This document shows, piece by piece, positions 35,232 through 43,080 of a stretch of DNA of 45,523 bases. Within the stretch, counting starts at the first letter, position 1; each line of letters begins with the position of its first letter. The notes below the pieces were generated by a model, which ran no database searches, was not told the origin of the DNA, and saw only the letters and a program-made list of their open reading frames with translations. The translations under genes and the position numbers were made by a program. Origin of the DNA: a virus (taxonomy: Duplodnaviria; Caudoviricetes); the IMG/VR virus record IMGVR_UViG_3300035135_001460, positions 1 to 45,523 of that record; one strand, 5' to 3'.

Positions 35232-35512
35232 TGGCAATTCGTAATCGCAAAGGTAAAACTGTCGCTGCTGATGGTACTACCAAACGCAAACCAGGACGCC
35301 CTAAGAAGAAACGTGGACCAGAGATTGATCCACCACGTCCTATTGATGGGGGATTCCATGTAGTATTCCCTATTCATCTTCAATTTAAGGAGAAGGACGG
35401 CACACTGAAGAACTGCTATTTTCAGTGTGAACACCACATGGACAAATACATTGAGAGGTACAAACTTGACCGACGCAAACTTACAATCCGAGCAACAGAA
35501 TCCCGCCGTTGA
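35231..35512 (+). CDS. Basic hypothetical protein with AT-hook-like motif
   Basis: KRKPGRPKKKR, then FPIHL..CYFQCEHH..KYIERY. Confidence 0.7.
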   Translation: MAIRNRKGKTVAADGTTKRKPGRPKKKRGPEIDPPRPIDGGFHVVFPIHLQFKEKDGTLKNCYFQCEHHMDKYIERYKLDRRKLTIRATESRR

Positions 35513-35783
35513 TCCACGCTTGGCAACATCATTTGGTGGTACTGTTGAGAAGGACATCCCAGAAGATGTTGAGTGGATTGATGATGTATTCTATATCAAG
35601 AAGACTCGCTTTGGATTGTATACTAGCATTCTAAAGAATCCACTGGGGCAGCACTTCCTCACTGGACTTGATAGGGATAATGTTATTAAGGTGACACGTT
35701 GGCATCTCAAATGCCTGCAAGATGACACACTCAAGGATTATACTCGCGTGGTAAATAGTGGAGTTGTTGGAGGTAAGTTGTGA
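35427..35783 (+). CDS. Hypothetical cyanophage protein
   Basis: WIDDVFYIKKTRFGLY.S...TRWHLK..YTRVVNSGVVGGKL; start uncertain. Confidence 0.7.
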   Translation: MNTTWTNTLRGTNLTDANLQSEQQNPAVDPRLATSFGGTVEKDIPEDVEWIDDVFYIKKTRFGLYTSILKNPLGQHFLTGLDRDNVIKVTRWHLKCLQDDTLKDYTRVVNSGVVGGKL

Positions 35784-36400
35784 AACTGAATACACTCTCA
35801 TTATTTTCTACTCCTGTGCTTCATGCAAAGTTTGATGCACATTCAAACTATGTTGATAAGTTTGATAATTGGGATAAAATTGATAGAAAACCTAAATCAT
35901 GGCATGTACCACTAAATACATCGTTCCCGAATGTTGAACCAGATGATCCTTATGTAAGTGATGAAATCGTAACTAACTTGAAGAGTGATATTATGTTTCA
36001 AGTTAAGAAGATGAATAAAGATAGAGGTTTGCCCACCGATTTACGTTATCAGTGTTTCTGGTATAATGCTTATTACGATAAGCAAGGACAAGAACCACAT
36101 AATCACTTATCAGTGAAAGGTGAAGATCCTCTGTGGTCTGGTGTGTACTTTGCAAAGAATTGCTTCCCTGGTTCATTCTACTTTATTAGAACAGAATACT
36201 CACATAGAACTCAACAATACTTTGATTATATTAAAAGTAAAATGAGAACTTTTTATGATGAGTTTTATCCCACGGGATTCTCTGATGGTGATATTGTATT
36301 GTTCCCACCACACTTACATCACTCTGTAAAAGTAGATGAAAAGAATGCAAAGGATCAAAGATTAACATTCTCATTTAATATTAGAATCAATGAAAAATGA
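35780..36400 (+). CDS. Putative 2OG-Fe(II) oxygenase (TIGR02466-like)
   Basis: LFSTPV, WYNAY...QEPHNH, WSGVYF, GDIVLFPPHLHHSV, RLTFSFN. Confidence 0.85.
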   Translation: MKLNTLSLFSTPVLHAKFDAHSNYVDKFDNWDKIDRKPKSWHVPLNTSFPNVEPDDPYVSDEIVTNLKSDIMFQVKKMNKDRGLPTDLRYQCFWYNAYYDKQGQEPHNHLSVKGEDPLWSGVYFAKNCFPGSFYFIRTEYSHRTQQYFDYIKSKMRTFYDEFYPTGFSDGDIVLFPPHLHHSVKVDEKNAKDQRLTFSFNIRINEK

Positions 36401-36939
36401 TAAAGAAATTCTTGGTCTATTTGCAACACCTGTTATTAGATTCAAGTTTGAAAAGCATGAAGAATATGCAGACAAATGGGAGAACTGGGATAAGGATGAA
36501 CGTCAACCAGTCGGATGGCAATGTGGTGTTAATACATCATTCCCTCAGGTAGAGAAGGATGATCCTTATGCTCCCATGGAAGTTGTTGAACAACTAGAGA
36601 AAGATTTGCTCTTCCATATTAAGAAAGTTTTGAGATCATATAGTCTGAGTTCAGATGTAATGTTCCATGCTTTCTGGTACAATGCATATTATACAAAGCA
36701 AGGACAAGAATCACATCATCATTTACCTGAGCATGGTGTTGCTCCTGTGTGGTCTGGAGTATACTTTGCAAAGAATTGTCTTCCTAATCAGTTCTCATTT
36801 CAAAGAACAGAGTTTTCTTTGAGATCTCAAGGTGCATTAGATTATTCTAACAGTCCACTTAGAAAATACTATGAGGATGTATATACCTCTAAATTTACTG
36901 ATGGTGATATTGTATTGTTCCCACCACACTTACATCACT
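36282..36939 (+). repeat. 42-bp exact direct repeat shared by the tandem oxygenases (36282-36323 and 36898-36939)
   Basis: CTGATGGTGATATTGTATTGTTCCCACCACACTTACATCACT identical in both. Confidence 0.9.
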
Positions 36940-37052
36940 GTGTGAAGGTGAAAGGTAAAACAAATGAGACTGAGCAACGACTAACTTTTTCATTCAATAT
37001 AGATAATGTTGGTGCCGTAGAGTACAGAAGAAAAGTTCTAGGTCACGACTAA
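36390..37052 (+). CDS. Putative 2OG-Fe(II) oxygenase, tandem paralog
   Basis: LFATPV, WYNAY...QESHHH, WSGVYF, GDIVLFPPHLHHCV, RLTFSFN. Confidence 0.85.
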   Translation: MKNDKEILGLFATPVIRFKFEKHEEYADKWENWDKDERQPVGWQCGVNTSFPQVEKDDPYAPMEVVEQLEKDLLFHIKKVLRSYSLSSDVMFHAFWYNAYYTKQGQESHHHLPEHGVAPVWSGVYFAKNCLPNQFSFQRTEFSLRSQGALDYSNSPLRKYYEDVYTSKFTDGDIVLFPPHLHHCVKVKGKTNETEQRLTFSFNIDNVGAVEYRRKVLGHD

Positions 37053-37240
37053 TGGATGAAAATTATCAGAGACAGAGGCAACAAGAGTTAGCACTTCAAT
37101 CAGAATACAATCAAATGTATGAAGATAGAATCAATGATTTAGAAGCAAGGGTTGAATCATTAGAGAGATATGTCTCCGAACTAAGGAGAGCTGTTGACAA
37201 CATTCATCCTGTCATTTATAATATTCAAGAAAAAAAGTAA
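37052..37240 (+). CDS. Small coiled-coil hypothetical protein
   Basis: TAATG coupling; heptad pattern. Confidence 0.6.
   Translation: MDENYQRQRQQELALQSEYNQMYEDRINDLEARVESLERYVSELRRAVDNIHPVIYNIQEKK
37194..37222 (+). promoter_or_regulatory. Consensus sigma70 promoter
   Basis: TTGACA N17 TATAAT, perfect match. Confidence 0.85.
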
Positions 37241-37245
37241 TCATC

Positions 37246-37425
37246 ATGTATGAAGAACTAAATTGCTTTGAGGAGGCATTGAAACACTTTGGCACCCGTG
37301 TTGAGGTTATCTGTGCTATGGAACTTGGTGGTAGAATTTCTCATGAGGATGCCTACCAGATGATCAAGGATGAAATGAAGGAACTTAAGAAGTGCCGCAA
37401 GATGTTTAAGAAGGAAGAGTGCTAA
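37246..37425 (+). CDS. Small protein resembling a conserved cyanobacterial hypothetical (59 aa, not in ORF track)
   Basis: Hand translation MYEELNCFEEALKHFGTRVEVICAMELGGRISHEDAYQMIKDEMKELKKCRKMFKKEEC*. Confidence 0.75.
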   Translation: MYEELNCFEEALKHFGTRVEVICAMELGGRISHEDAYQMIKDEMKELKKCRKMFKKEEC

Positions 37426-37595
37426 TGGAAGATAGTCTCAAGATTGATTATGATGAGGACACTCGTCAGATTACTATTGATTGGGATAAGAATGATCCCA
37501 ACTGGAGTTTCCTCAACAATATGTCTGAGGAAGAAATCCAGCAAGTGCTCATAACATCATTAGAAGAGTTGGTGGACGAAGATGAAAGTTATTGA
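37425..37595 (+). CDS. Small acidic hypothetical protein (56 aa, not in ORF track)
   Basis: Hand translation MEDSLKIDYDEDTRQITIDWDKNDPNWSFLNNMSEEEIQQVLITSLEELVDEDESY*; TAATG coupling. Confidence 0.7.
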   Translation: MEDSLKIDYDEDTRQITIDWDKNDPNWSFLNNMSEEEIQQVLITSLEELVDEDESY

Positions 37596-38139
37596 TGTAG
37601 CAAAACCACAAGAACCCGCAGCATATATTGAGGGAACTGAGTGGGATAGAGTCACACAAGATTACATCAGGCAATATAAGGGCATTCTTACTGCTGAACA
37701 GTGTCGGACGATCATTGCTGCTGCTGATTATGGGCGATGGGAGGAAGTTACACATAATGACACTAGAGTGTGTGACGTTGCAGTAATTACATCTAGTGCT
37801 CTTGATAACATTTTGTTTGGTGCATTTGGTGGAATGCTTAAATTATATGCTGAAGACTTCTGGAGAGCAGCATCAATGAACACTGACAATGGATATACAG
37901 TTGCGAGATATTCTCCGAGTGATCATTGTCCAATTCATCATGAACCCAGCGGCAATAGTATTAGAGCAACGATTAATCTAAGTGAATGTAGTGGTGGTGA
38001 ATTACAGTTCTTTGGTAAAGAGAAAGTTGATTCATCTGTAGGCACTGGCACTATATTTCCAGCATCATTCATGTTTCCATATGAAGTATTACCAGTGACA
38101 GAAGGTTATCGGTATTATGTGACTACCAACTTCAAATAA
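37582..38139 (+). CDS. 2OG-Fe(II) oxygenase-like protein with altered metal ligands
   Basis: GYTVARY, INL...SGGELQF, IFPASFMFPYEVLPVTEG.RY; HxD becomes HHE and distal His becomes Tyr. Confidence 0.75.
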   Translation: MKVIDVAKPQEPAAYIEGTEWDRVTQDYIRQYKGILTAEQCRTIIAAADYGRWEEVTHNDTRVCDVAVITSSALDNILFGAFGGMLKLYAEDFWRAASMNTDNGYTVARYSPSDHCPIHHEPSGNSIRATINLSECSGGELQFFGKEKVDSSVGTGTIFPASFMFPYEVLPVTEGYRYYVTTNFK

Positions 38140-38225
38140 CTTAACTGTAATAATTAAGACAATCTGTGATCCCGAATAAATTATAATGTTATATGTTATG
38201 ATATTCACATAGATAAGATTGCCCC

Positions 38226-38408
38226 ATGACACATATGCCACCAGATCGCTGCACTACTCTCACGCCAGAAGAATTAGAAGAGTTAAATGCATTGCGGAAA
38301 GCAATTACTGAGCACCCTGCGTCAGTACATTCTGACAAGATGGAGCGGTTTGCTGATTTGATGGTAAGATGTTTAGATGCCGAGGAGAACAAATCTTCGG
38401 ATAAATAG
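38226..38408 (+). CDS. Small hypothetical protein
   Basis: LTPEELEELNALRKAI..P.SV...MERF..L. Confidence 0.65.
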   Translation: MTHMPPDRCTTLTPEELEELNALRKAITEHPASVHSDKMERFADLMVRCLDAEENKSSDK

Positions 38409-38430
38409 TAATAACCCATCGTAATCAACC

Positions 38431-38643
38431 ATGGAGAATATAGAACAACACATTGCGAAGGACAGGGAGATTTTAGAGAATCCAACCACATCTCCCCAAC
38501 AACGTCGTCACATTGAGCATCAGTTAGACCAACTTGAACGCTACCAAAAGGAGCACCCTGAAGATCATCATGACCCCACAGACCTTGAACTCTGGTGTGA
38601 AGACTTCCCCGAAGCAGACGAGTGTAGAATTTACGAAGATTGA
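38431..38643 (+). CDS. cp12: CP12 Calvin-cycle inhibitor (phage type)
   Basis: C-terminal LELWCEDFPEADECRIYED CP12 motif; late promoter GATAAATA at 38400-38407. Confidence 0.93.
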   Translation: MENIEQHIAKDREILENPTTSPQQRRHIEHQLDQLERYQKEHPEDHHDPTDLELWCEDFPEADECRIYED

Positions 38644-38815
38644 GCAATTTCACAAGGGTCAAGAACTTTTATATCATTGTCCAGATACTACTCATCACGG
38701 TGTGGTCAATTTCATTGATGTTGTATCTGGAACATACATCACATTAACTGTTGGTGCATCAAATTTGGTGATCTACCCGCTATGGTGGGACCGACTAGAA
38801 GAATATAGCAAGTGA
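38534..38815 (+). CDS. Hypothetical protein; real start probably near the cp12 stop
   Basis: C-terminal half is protein-like (G.V.FID...YITLTV..LVIYP..W). Confidence 0.45.
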   Translation: MNATKRSTLKIIMTPQTLNSGVKTSPKQTSVEFTKIEQFHKGQELLYHCPDTTHHGVVNFIDVVSGTYITLTVGASNLVIYPLWWDRLEEYSK

Positions 38816-38818
38816 CCC

Positions 38819-38877
38819 TGTGACACTTTGCGAACTGGACGGAGGTGCTTGACGGCATCTCCGTTTTTTTGTATTAT
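38819..38877 (+). promoter_or_regulatory. Palindromic operator + hairpin + promoter (copy 3)
   Basis: TGTGACACTT-TGCG-AACTGGAC; GGAGGTGC-TTGACG-GCATCTCC; TATTAT at 38872. Confidence 0.7.
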
Positions 38878-38900
38878 ACTTATATCAACGCAGCGCACTC

Positions 38901-39485
38901 ATGTTTGATTCACTCTTCGCTGATGGCACCCTCCGCTCATATATTGACAACAACCTCAATGATCCTTGGGTAGGCACACCCTTTGAGGGTTATGTATTCA
39001 TGTCACCTAAGCAGAAGGGTGAGTTTGGTGAGCGTTTTGTGTCTAAGTTTATGGACAATATGCTCTGTGAAGTCAAACGTGCCGCAACATCTACCGCAGG
39101 ACATGACCGTGTGATTGATGACATCCGCACTGAGATTAAATTTGCGCTTGCTACCCGCGCAAGGAAAGGTGGTGTGGTTGTTGATAAGTTCATCATTAAT
39201 CATGTCTCCGTATGTAAGGACTGGGAACGCCTGATCTTCTGCGGAATCAATCCCTCTGAGCAGGACATTCGCATCTTCTATATCACTAAAGATGACTTTG
39301 AAGCACACCTTGAGAGTGATGATTGTCTGTTCAATGTGCAACAGGGTGGGCAGAATGGTGGCAATGATGATTACATCTGCACCAATGTTGCGGCACTGAT
39401 GGAAACTAGCATCGCTCGTCCCATTGTCCAGTGGTCCTGTGACAGTTCCCAAACTGGTACAAAGACCCTCGGCATCGCTGCCTGA
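38901..39485 (+). CDS. Putative PD-(D/E)XK restriction-like endonuclease
   Basis: KGEFGERFV...HDRVIDD..TEIKFA matches the E...D..E.K catalytic arrangement. Confidence 0.6.
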   Translation: MFDSLFADGTLRSYIDNNLNDPWVGTPFEGYVFMSPKQKGEFGERFVSKFMDNMLCEVKRAATSTAGHDRVIDDIRTEIKFALATRARKGGVVVDKFIINHVSVCKDWERLIFCGINPSEQDIRIFYITKDDFEAHLESDDCLFNVQQGGQNGGNDDYICTNVAALMETSIARPIVQWSCDSSQTGTKTLGIAA

Positions 39486-39496
39486 ACCCTTATAAT
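39438..39496 (+). promoter_or_regulatory. Palindromic operator + -10 promoter (copy 4)
   Basis: TGTGACAGTT-CCCA-AACTGGTACA; TATAAT at 39491. Confidence 0.75.
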
Positions 39497-39520
39497 ATAA
39501 GAGTCAAAGGGACACACCAC

Positions 39521-39766
39521 ATGCAACTGCTCACCTCCGCCACACAGATTGACTACTATCCGCAGGGCGATGGTAAGCACCGCTTCACAAAGCGTGTGAT
39601 CTGGCACCCTGATGCAGAATGTGATCAGCAGATGACTTCATTCAGCACTGTTGTTAAGGTTGAGATGAAGTATCAGGTCCGTAATTATATCGCCAATGGT
39701 GCAGAGGTTGTCAAATTCAATACAGAAGAGTATAATGGTAAAGACTATACTCCTATGATGTGCTGA
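39521..39766 (+). CDS. Hypothetical early protein
   Basis: ORF directly after promoter copy 4. Confidence 0.7.
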   Translation: MQLLTSATQIDYYPQGDGKHRFTKRVIWHPDAECDQQMTSFSTVVKVEMKYQVRNYIANGAEVVKFNTEEYNGKDYTPMMC

Positions 39767-39930
39767 TGCACACTAACTATTCTTTACAGGGGGATGACAT
39801 CATCCCTTACTATTCTATCCAAGAGTGGGTAGATAACTGGGACGAATTGTTTGAGCGGGTTGAGGTTGAACGTGAGACCATTGGTGTCTACGATAACAAC
39901 AACTATTGTTTGTTCGTTCCATTCACCTAG
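39766..39930 (+). CDS. Small hypothetical protein (54 aa, not in ORF track)
   Basis: Hand translation MHTNYSLQGDDIIPYYSIQEWVDNWDELFERVEVERETIGVYDNNNYCLFVPFT*; TGATG coupling. Confidence 0.6.
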   Translation: MHTNYSLQGDDIIPYYSIQEWVDNWDELFERVEVERETIGVYDNNNYCLFVPFT

Positions 39931-40004
39931 GCAGCACAGGATTGGGAGACTGATTCACAGCGTAAGACCTAGCATTAGACCAAACGAATTTCTCTTTATT
40001 TAAA

Positions 40005-40262
40005 ATGATCGTGTCTGCTCCTATCGCTCGCCTGCTCACTTCTGAGCAATCCAGTGCTATTGCATTCATCAAAATTGAAGACAAAACTGTGACCATTGCG
40101 TATCAGTCTAATGCTGAGCGTATGTATGAGTTCACCAGTGACTCTGAGACCTTTATTAGTCAACTGACTCAGATTGTTGAGGCAGATGATTTTATGGGCA
40201 TGTCGCTGGGCGGCATCGTAGCAGATGCTCGCCGTGTGGGTGATCTGGTCCAGTCAGTCTGA
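40005..40262 (+). CDS. KTSC-like small protein
   Basis: SSAI..I....VTI.Y.SN...Y.F.....SLG pattern resembles the KTSC domain. Confidence 0.5.
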   Translation: MIVSAPIARLLTSEQSSAIAFIKIEDKTVTIAYQSNAERMYEFTSDSETFISQLTQIVEADDFMGMSLGGIVADARRVGDLVQSV

Positions 40263-40308
40263 GAAGTGGCACAGGGGCGCTTCTAGCGCCCTCTCAACCC
40301 CTTATAAT
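40250..40308 (+). promoter_or_regulatory. Palindromic operator + hairpin + -10 promoter (copy 5)
   Basis: CAGTCAGTC-TGAG-AAGTGGCACA; GGGCGCT-TCT-AGCGCCC; TATAAT at 40303. Confidence 0.7.
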
Positions 40309-40332
40309 ATAAGAGTCAAAGGGACACAGTTC

Positions 40333-40458
40333 ATGAGCACCGATGATTTCATTGAAAACACCAAAATTGTTGCTGAAAAAACTGGCAACCTGGATCTCTG
40401 GCACGAAATGTTTGGAGATGAGGAAGAAGGAGGATCCTCTCTGGATGACAACAACTGA
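40333..40458 (+). CDS. Small acidic hypothetical protein
   Basis: ATG 40333 after promoter copy 5. Confidence 0.55.
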   Translation: MSTDDFIENTKIVAEKTGNLDLWHEMFGDEEEGGSSLDDNN

Positions 40459-40476
40459 ACCCAATTACGACGACTG

Positions 40477-40662
40477 ATGGAAACTACAACAGCAACTTAT
40501 CAGATCTCAGTTACAACTGACGAGGGTACAATGTCATTTTTGAGGACAATGCCCACTCGCCCAACGACAACTAAAGGTCGCAAGGCACACAACACAAGGT
40601 TGATGAACTATGCCATGAAACAGTATCCTAACCATACTGAGATTGACATTAAAGTAATTTGA
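40477..40662 (+). CDS. Small hypothetical protein
   Basis: ORF in dense co-oriented array. Confidence 0.65.
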   Translation: METTTATYQISVTTDEGTMSFLRTMPTRPTTTKGRKAHNTRLMNYAMKQYPNHTEIDIKVI

Positions 40663-40703
40663 AAGGTTTCTTCTCTCCTGAACAACACGGCACCTGGAAC
40701 ATC

Positions 40704-40883
40704 ATGACTCGCGACGAACTTCAATCCAAACTCATCTATCAGATGCTTGATGACATGGATCTCAAGACAATGATGAGTGTACTATATGATTTCATGGATG
40801 AATCATATGATAAGTATTCTGAAGAAGAGTTGACAGAAGAAGTCAACGAGTATTATCCTGAACTCCTCACTAACAACGACTAA
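40704..40883 (+). CDS. Small acidic hypothetical protein
   Basis: MTRDELQ..DDMDLKT..Y..EEL.EEV..YYPELL; start at ATG 40704. Confidence 0.65.
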   Translation: MTRDELQSKLIYQMLDDMDLKTMMSVLYDFMDESYDKYSEEELTEEVNEYYPELLTNND

Positions 40884-41155
40884 TGACTAAGTATCGCGTC
40901 AACACCATCGCATTTGATTTCACTGATGATGATTTTGAATTGCCACCTGAAATCCAAGAACAATTCAGCGTTGATTGTAAGCAACGTGTGTGGGATGTAG
41001 AGGAAGAAGATGATCTAGTTGACGCGATCACTGAGTTCTATGGTTTCTGTGTCTCAAGTATTGACTATGAGGAGAGGAACCGCTATGTTGATGCAGTGAT
41101 GGGTAAGGAACCTTATCCTGCTGAGTACAAACGTGAATCCAACCTTTCGGAATGA
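40883..41155 (+). CDS. Hypothetical protein
   Basis: I.FDF.DD...W...EEDDLVD.IT..YGFCV.SIDY. Confidence 0.7.
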   Translation: MTKYRVNTIAFDFTDDDFELPPEIQEQFSVDCKQRVWDVEEEDDLVDAITEFYGFCVSSIDYEERNRYVDAVMGKEPYPAEYKRESNLSE

Positions 41156-41319
41156 TGATGACACAGAACCTAATCATCAGTGGTCTACAGTATGAGGAGT
41201 TAGTGCTATTGCAAGAACTCATGGTGCTAGTAGATCAGACTGATGTTATTGATCACCCTCTATTGATTGAGGATCGTGAGACATTTGAATCACTTTACAA
41301 CAAGGTAATGAACGCATGA
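41152..41319 (+). CDS. Small hypothetical protein (55 aa, not in ORF track)
   Basis: Hand translation MMMTQNLIISGLQYEELVLLQELMVLVDQTDVIDHPLLIEDRETFESLYNKVMNA*; ATGA overlaps on both sides. Confidence 0.6.
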   Translation: MMMTQNLIISGLQYEELVLLQELMVLVDQTDVIDHPLLIEDRETFESLYNKVMNA

Positions 41320-41462
41320 CCTGGATTGTTAAAATGTTTTCCGCAGGCAAAGTATTTGATGTGGAAGTAATCGCAGGCAATCCGCAAGATGCCCGCACTG
41401 CTGCTCTTAATCGTAATCCTCATGCAACTATTGTTGGAGTCAACGCAAGACTGGGTAACTGA
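41316..41462 (+). CDS. Small hypothetical protein (48 aa, not in ORF track)
   Basis: Hand translation MTWIVKMFSAGKVFDVEVIAGNPQDARTAALNRNPHATIVGVNARLGN*. Confidence 0.65.
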   Translation: MTWIVKMFSAGKVFDVEVIAGNPQDARTAALNRNPHATIVGVNARLGN

Positions 41463-41530
41463 AGAAGAATCAGTTACGGATATGATTGTAGACATCAACA
41501 TTGATGAACTACACAAATTTGCTGAATTGA

Positions 41531-42322
41531 ATGACTATGTACTCACTACCGAGTGATTTCCCCCATGACCCACCTAAAAACTATACTTACGAAGTTGAGG
41601 AGTTCCGACGTAACATTCTACGCATTTGGTGTTGCAATCATTCTCAATTCACTTACAACGGCGGTAATCCTGCACAAACTGTTTGGGGATTCTACAACAT
41701 CAAACAGAGATGCTATCGCTCCCCTATTAGCGCCACCCGCGTCGGAGATAAGGTAGCACTAGATCAGACCACACCGTACAGTGCTATGCCACTTCTTAAA
41801 CTGGCACTGGACAGCGCCGATGACACACCAGCACCTGCTATGATTGATTCATCAACAAAGGACAGCATGACCACCACCACACCCCGCAAACAAGAGTTCA
41901 GCGACTTCTGTGCCCAGCGTGATGCACAGAACACCTTACAACTGAATGTCACTAAGTGGTGCTATATGTTGTGTGATGCATTGCGCCACAATTATATGAA
42001 GGAATCGTATGCACGTCACAAGTTCCTGATGCCATCTTCATCTAATCCTGCTTATCATCAGGAGTGCCTGGATAAGATTGATAAGGACATTTGTGATTAT
42101 GATTTTTATATTCAGACTGGTCGTAAGTATCACAAGATCATGCTGAATGCTGCTGGTTCACATTCTGTCCATGCATTTGTTGACAAGAAGACTGGTGAAT
42201 TGTATAAGGCAGCATCTATCAAACAACCTGCTAAAGGTGTACGCTTTGATCTTCGTATTATCACCCAACGTGAGGAAGTATTAGAGAAGTGCGATTGGGC
42301 GGGCGGTTATCTTTATAAGTAA
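41531..42322 (+). CDS. Hypothetical protein, apparent in-frame fusion of two genes (second start ATG 41867)
   Basis: Internal promoter copy and SD-like AAGGA before ATG 41867; two distinct protein-like halves. Confidence 0.7.
   Translation: MTMYSLPSDFPHDPPKNYTYEVEEFRRNILRIWCCNHSQFTYNGGNPAQTVWGFYNIKQRCYRSPISATRVGDKVALDQTTPYSAMPLLKLALDSADDTPAPAMIDSSTKDSMTTTTPRKQEFSDFCAQRDAQNTLQLNVTKWCYMLCDALRHNYMKESYARHKFLMPSSSNPAYHQECLDKIDKDICDYDFYIQTGRKYHKIMLNAAGSHSVHAFVDKKTGELYKAASIKQPAKGVRFDLRIITQREEVLEKCDWAGGYLYK
41785..41844 (+). promoter_or_regulatory. Palindromic operator + -10 promoter (copy 6), intragenic
   Basis: TATGCCACTT-CTTA-AACTGGCAC; TGcTATGAT with -10 at 41839. Confidence 0.65.
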
Positions 42323-42341
42323 TATACACACCTAGATCATT

Positions 42342-43046
42342 ATGTTTAACAACTACATTTACTATTCAGACGAACCACAATTATCCCAAGAGTTCTGCGA
42401 CAAACTTATCACTAAATTTAATAATGATAAGGACGTACATAGGGGAGTGTGTGGTCATTCTAAAGATGGACCCGAAGTAAATGAACAGGTTAAACAATCT
42501 AATGATCTATTCATCTATCATAATAACAAGTATCACTTTGAATCATTAGAACTTCAACGTGTTATTATGGATCAGTTGGGCACATATAGTAAATTATGTG
42601 AGGAGATGTGTCCAGCACTTACTTATCCATTGTATAGGTGCAACTCTTATATCACAGGATTTAATATACAACATACTAAACCTAATGAGTTCTTTACATG
42701 GCACAGTGATGATTACTATGATCCAGAATATACTGATGGATACTATAGGGCAATCTCTTATCTAATCTATCTCAATGATGTAGAAGAAGGAGGAGAGACT
42801 GAGTTCATTGATGGATTCAAAGCATTACCTAAACGTGGTCATGTATGTTTCTTCCCTTGTACTTGGTCCTATGTTCATCGTGGTGTATCACCTATTAAGG
42901 GTGACAAATATATCATTGCGGGATGGTGGATGACTGATGCATCTATGGGATCACAAGCAGACATTATTGATCCAAAAGAACTCAAGAAATATGATGAGCA
43001 TGAGTATGCAGTAAGGTCTAAAATACGAGCATTAAGACCTCAGTAG
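42342..43046 (+). CDS. 2OG-Fe(II) oxygenase (prolyl 4-hydroxylase-like)
   Basis: WHSD, YLNDVEEGGETEF, FFP.TW.YVHRG..P..GDKYI..GW. Confidence 0.9.
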   Translation: MFNNYIYYSDEPQLSQEFCDKLITKFNNDKDVHRGVCGHSKDGPEVNEQVKQSNDLFIYHNNKYHFESLELQRVIMDQLGTYSKLCEEMCPALTYPLYRCNSYITGFNIQHTKPNEFFTWHSDDYYDPEYTDGYYRAISYLIYLNDVEEGGETEFIDGFKALPKRGHVCFFPCTWSYVHRGVSPIKGDKYIIAGWWMTDASMGSQADIIDPKELKKYDEHEYAVRSKIRALRPQ

Positions 43047-43080
43047 TATCTTCATAGTGCATTGAGAGTGTATTCGGAGT

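Larger units (their letters stand above)
39487..40328 (+). repeat. 30-bp exact direct repeat (39487-39516 and 40299-40328) covering -10 box and leader
   Basis: CCCTTATAATATAAGAGTCAAAGGGACACA identical in both. Confidence 0.9.

Noticed and set aside
38146-38187. Possible NtcA-activated promoter (TGTA-N8-GACA, 21 bp before TATAAT)
   Set aside because: Mismatch in the TAC half and slightly short spacing in an AT-rich gap; too weak without conservation data
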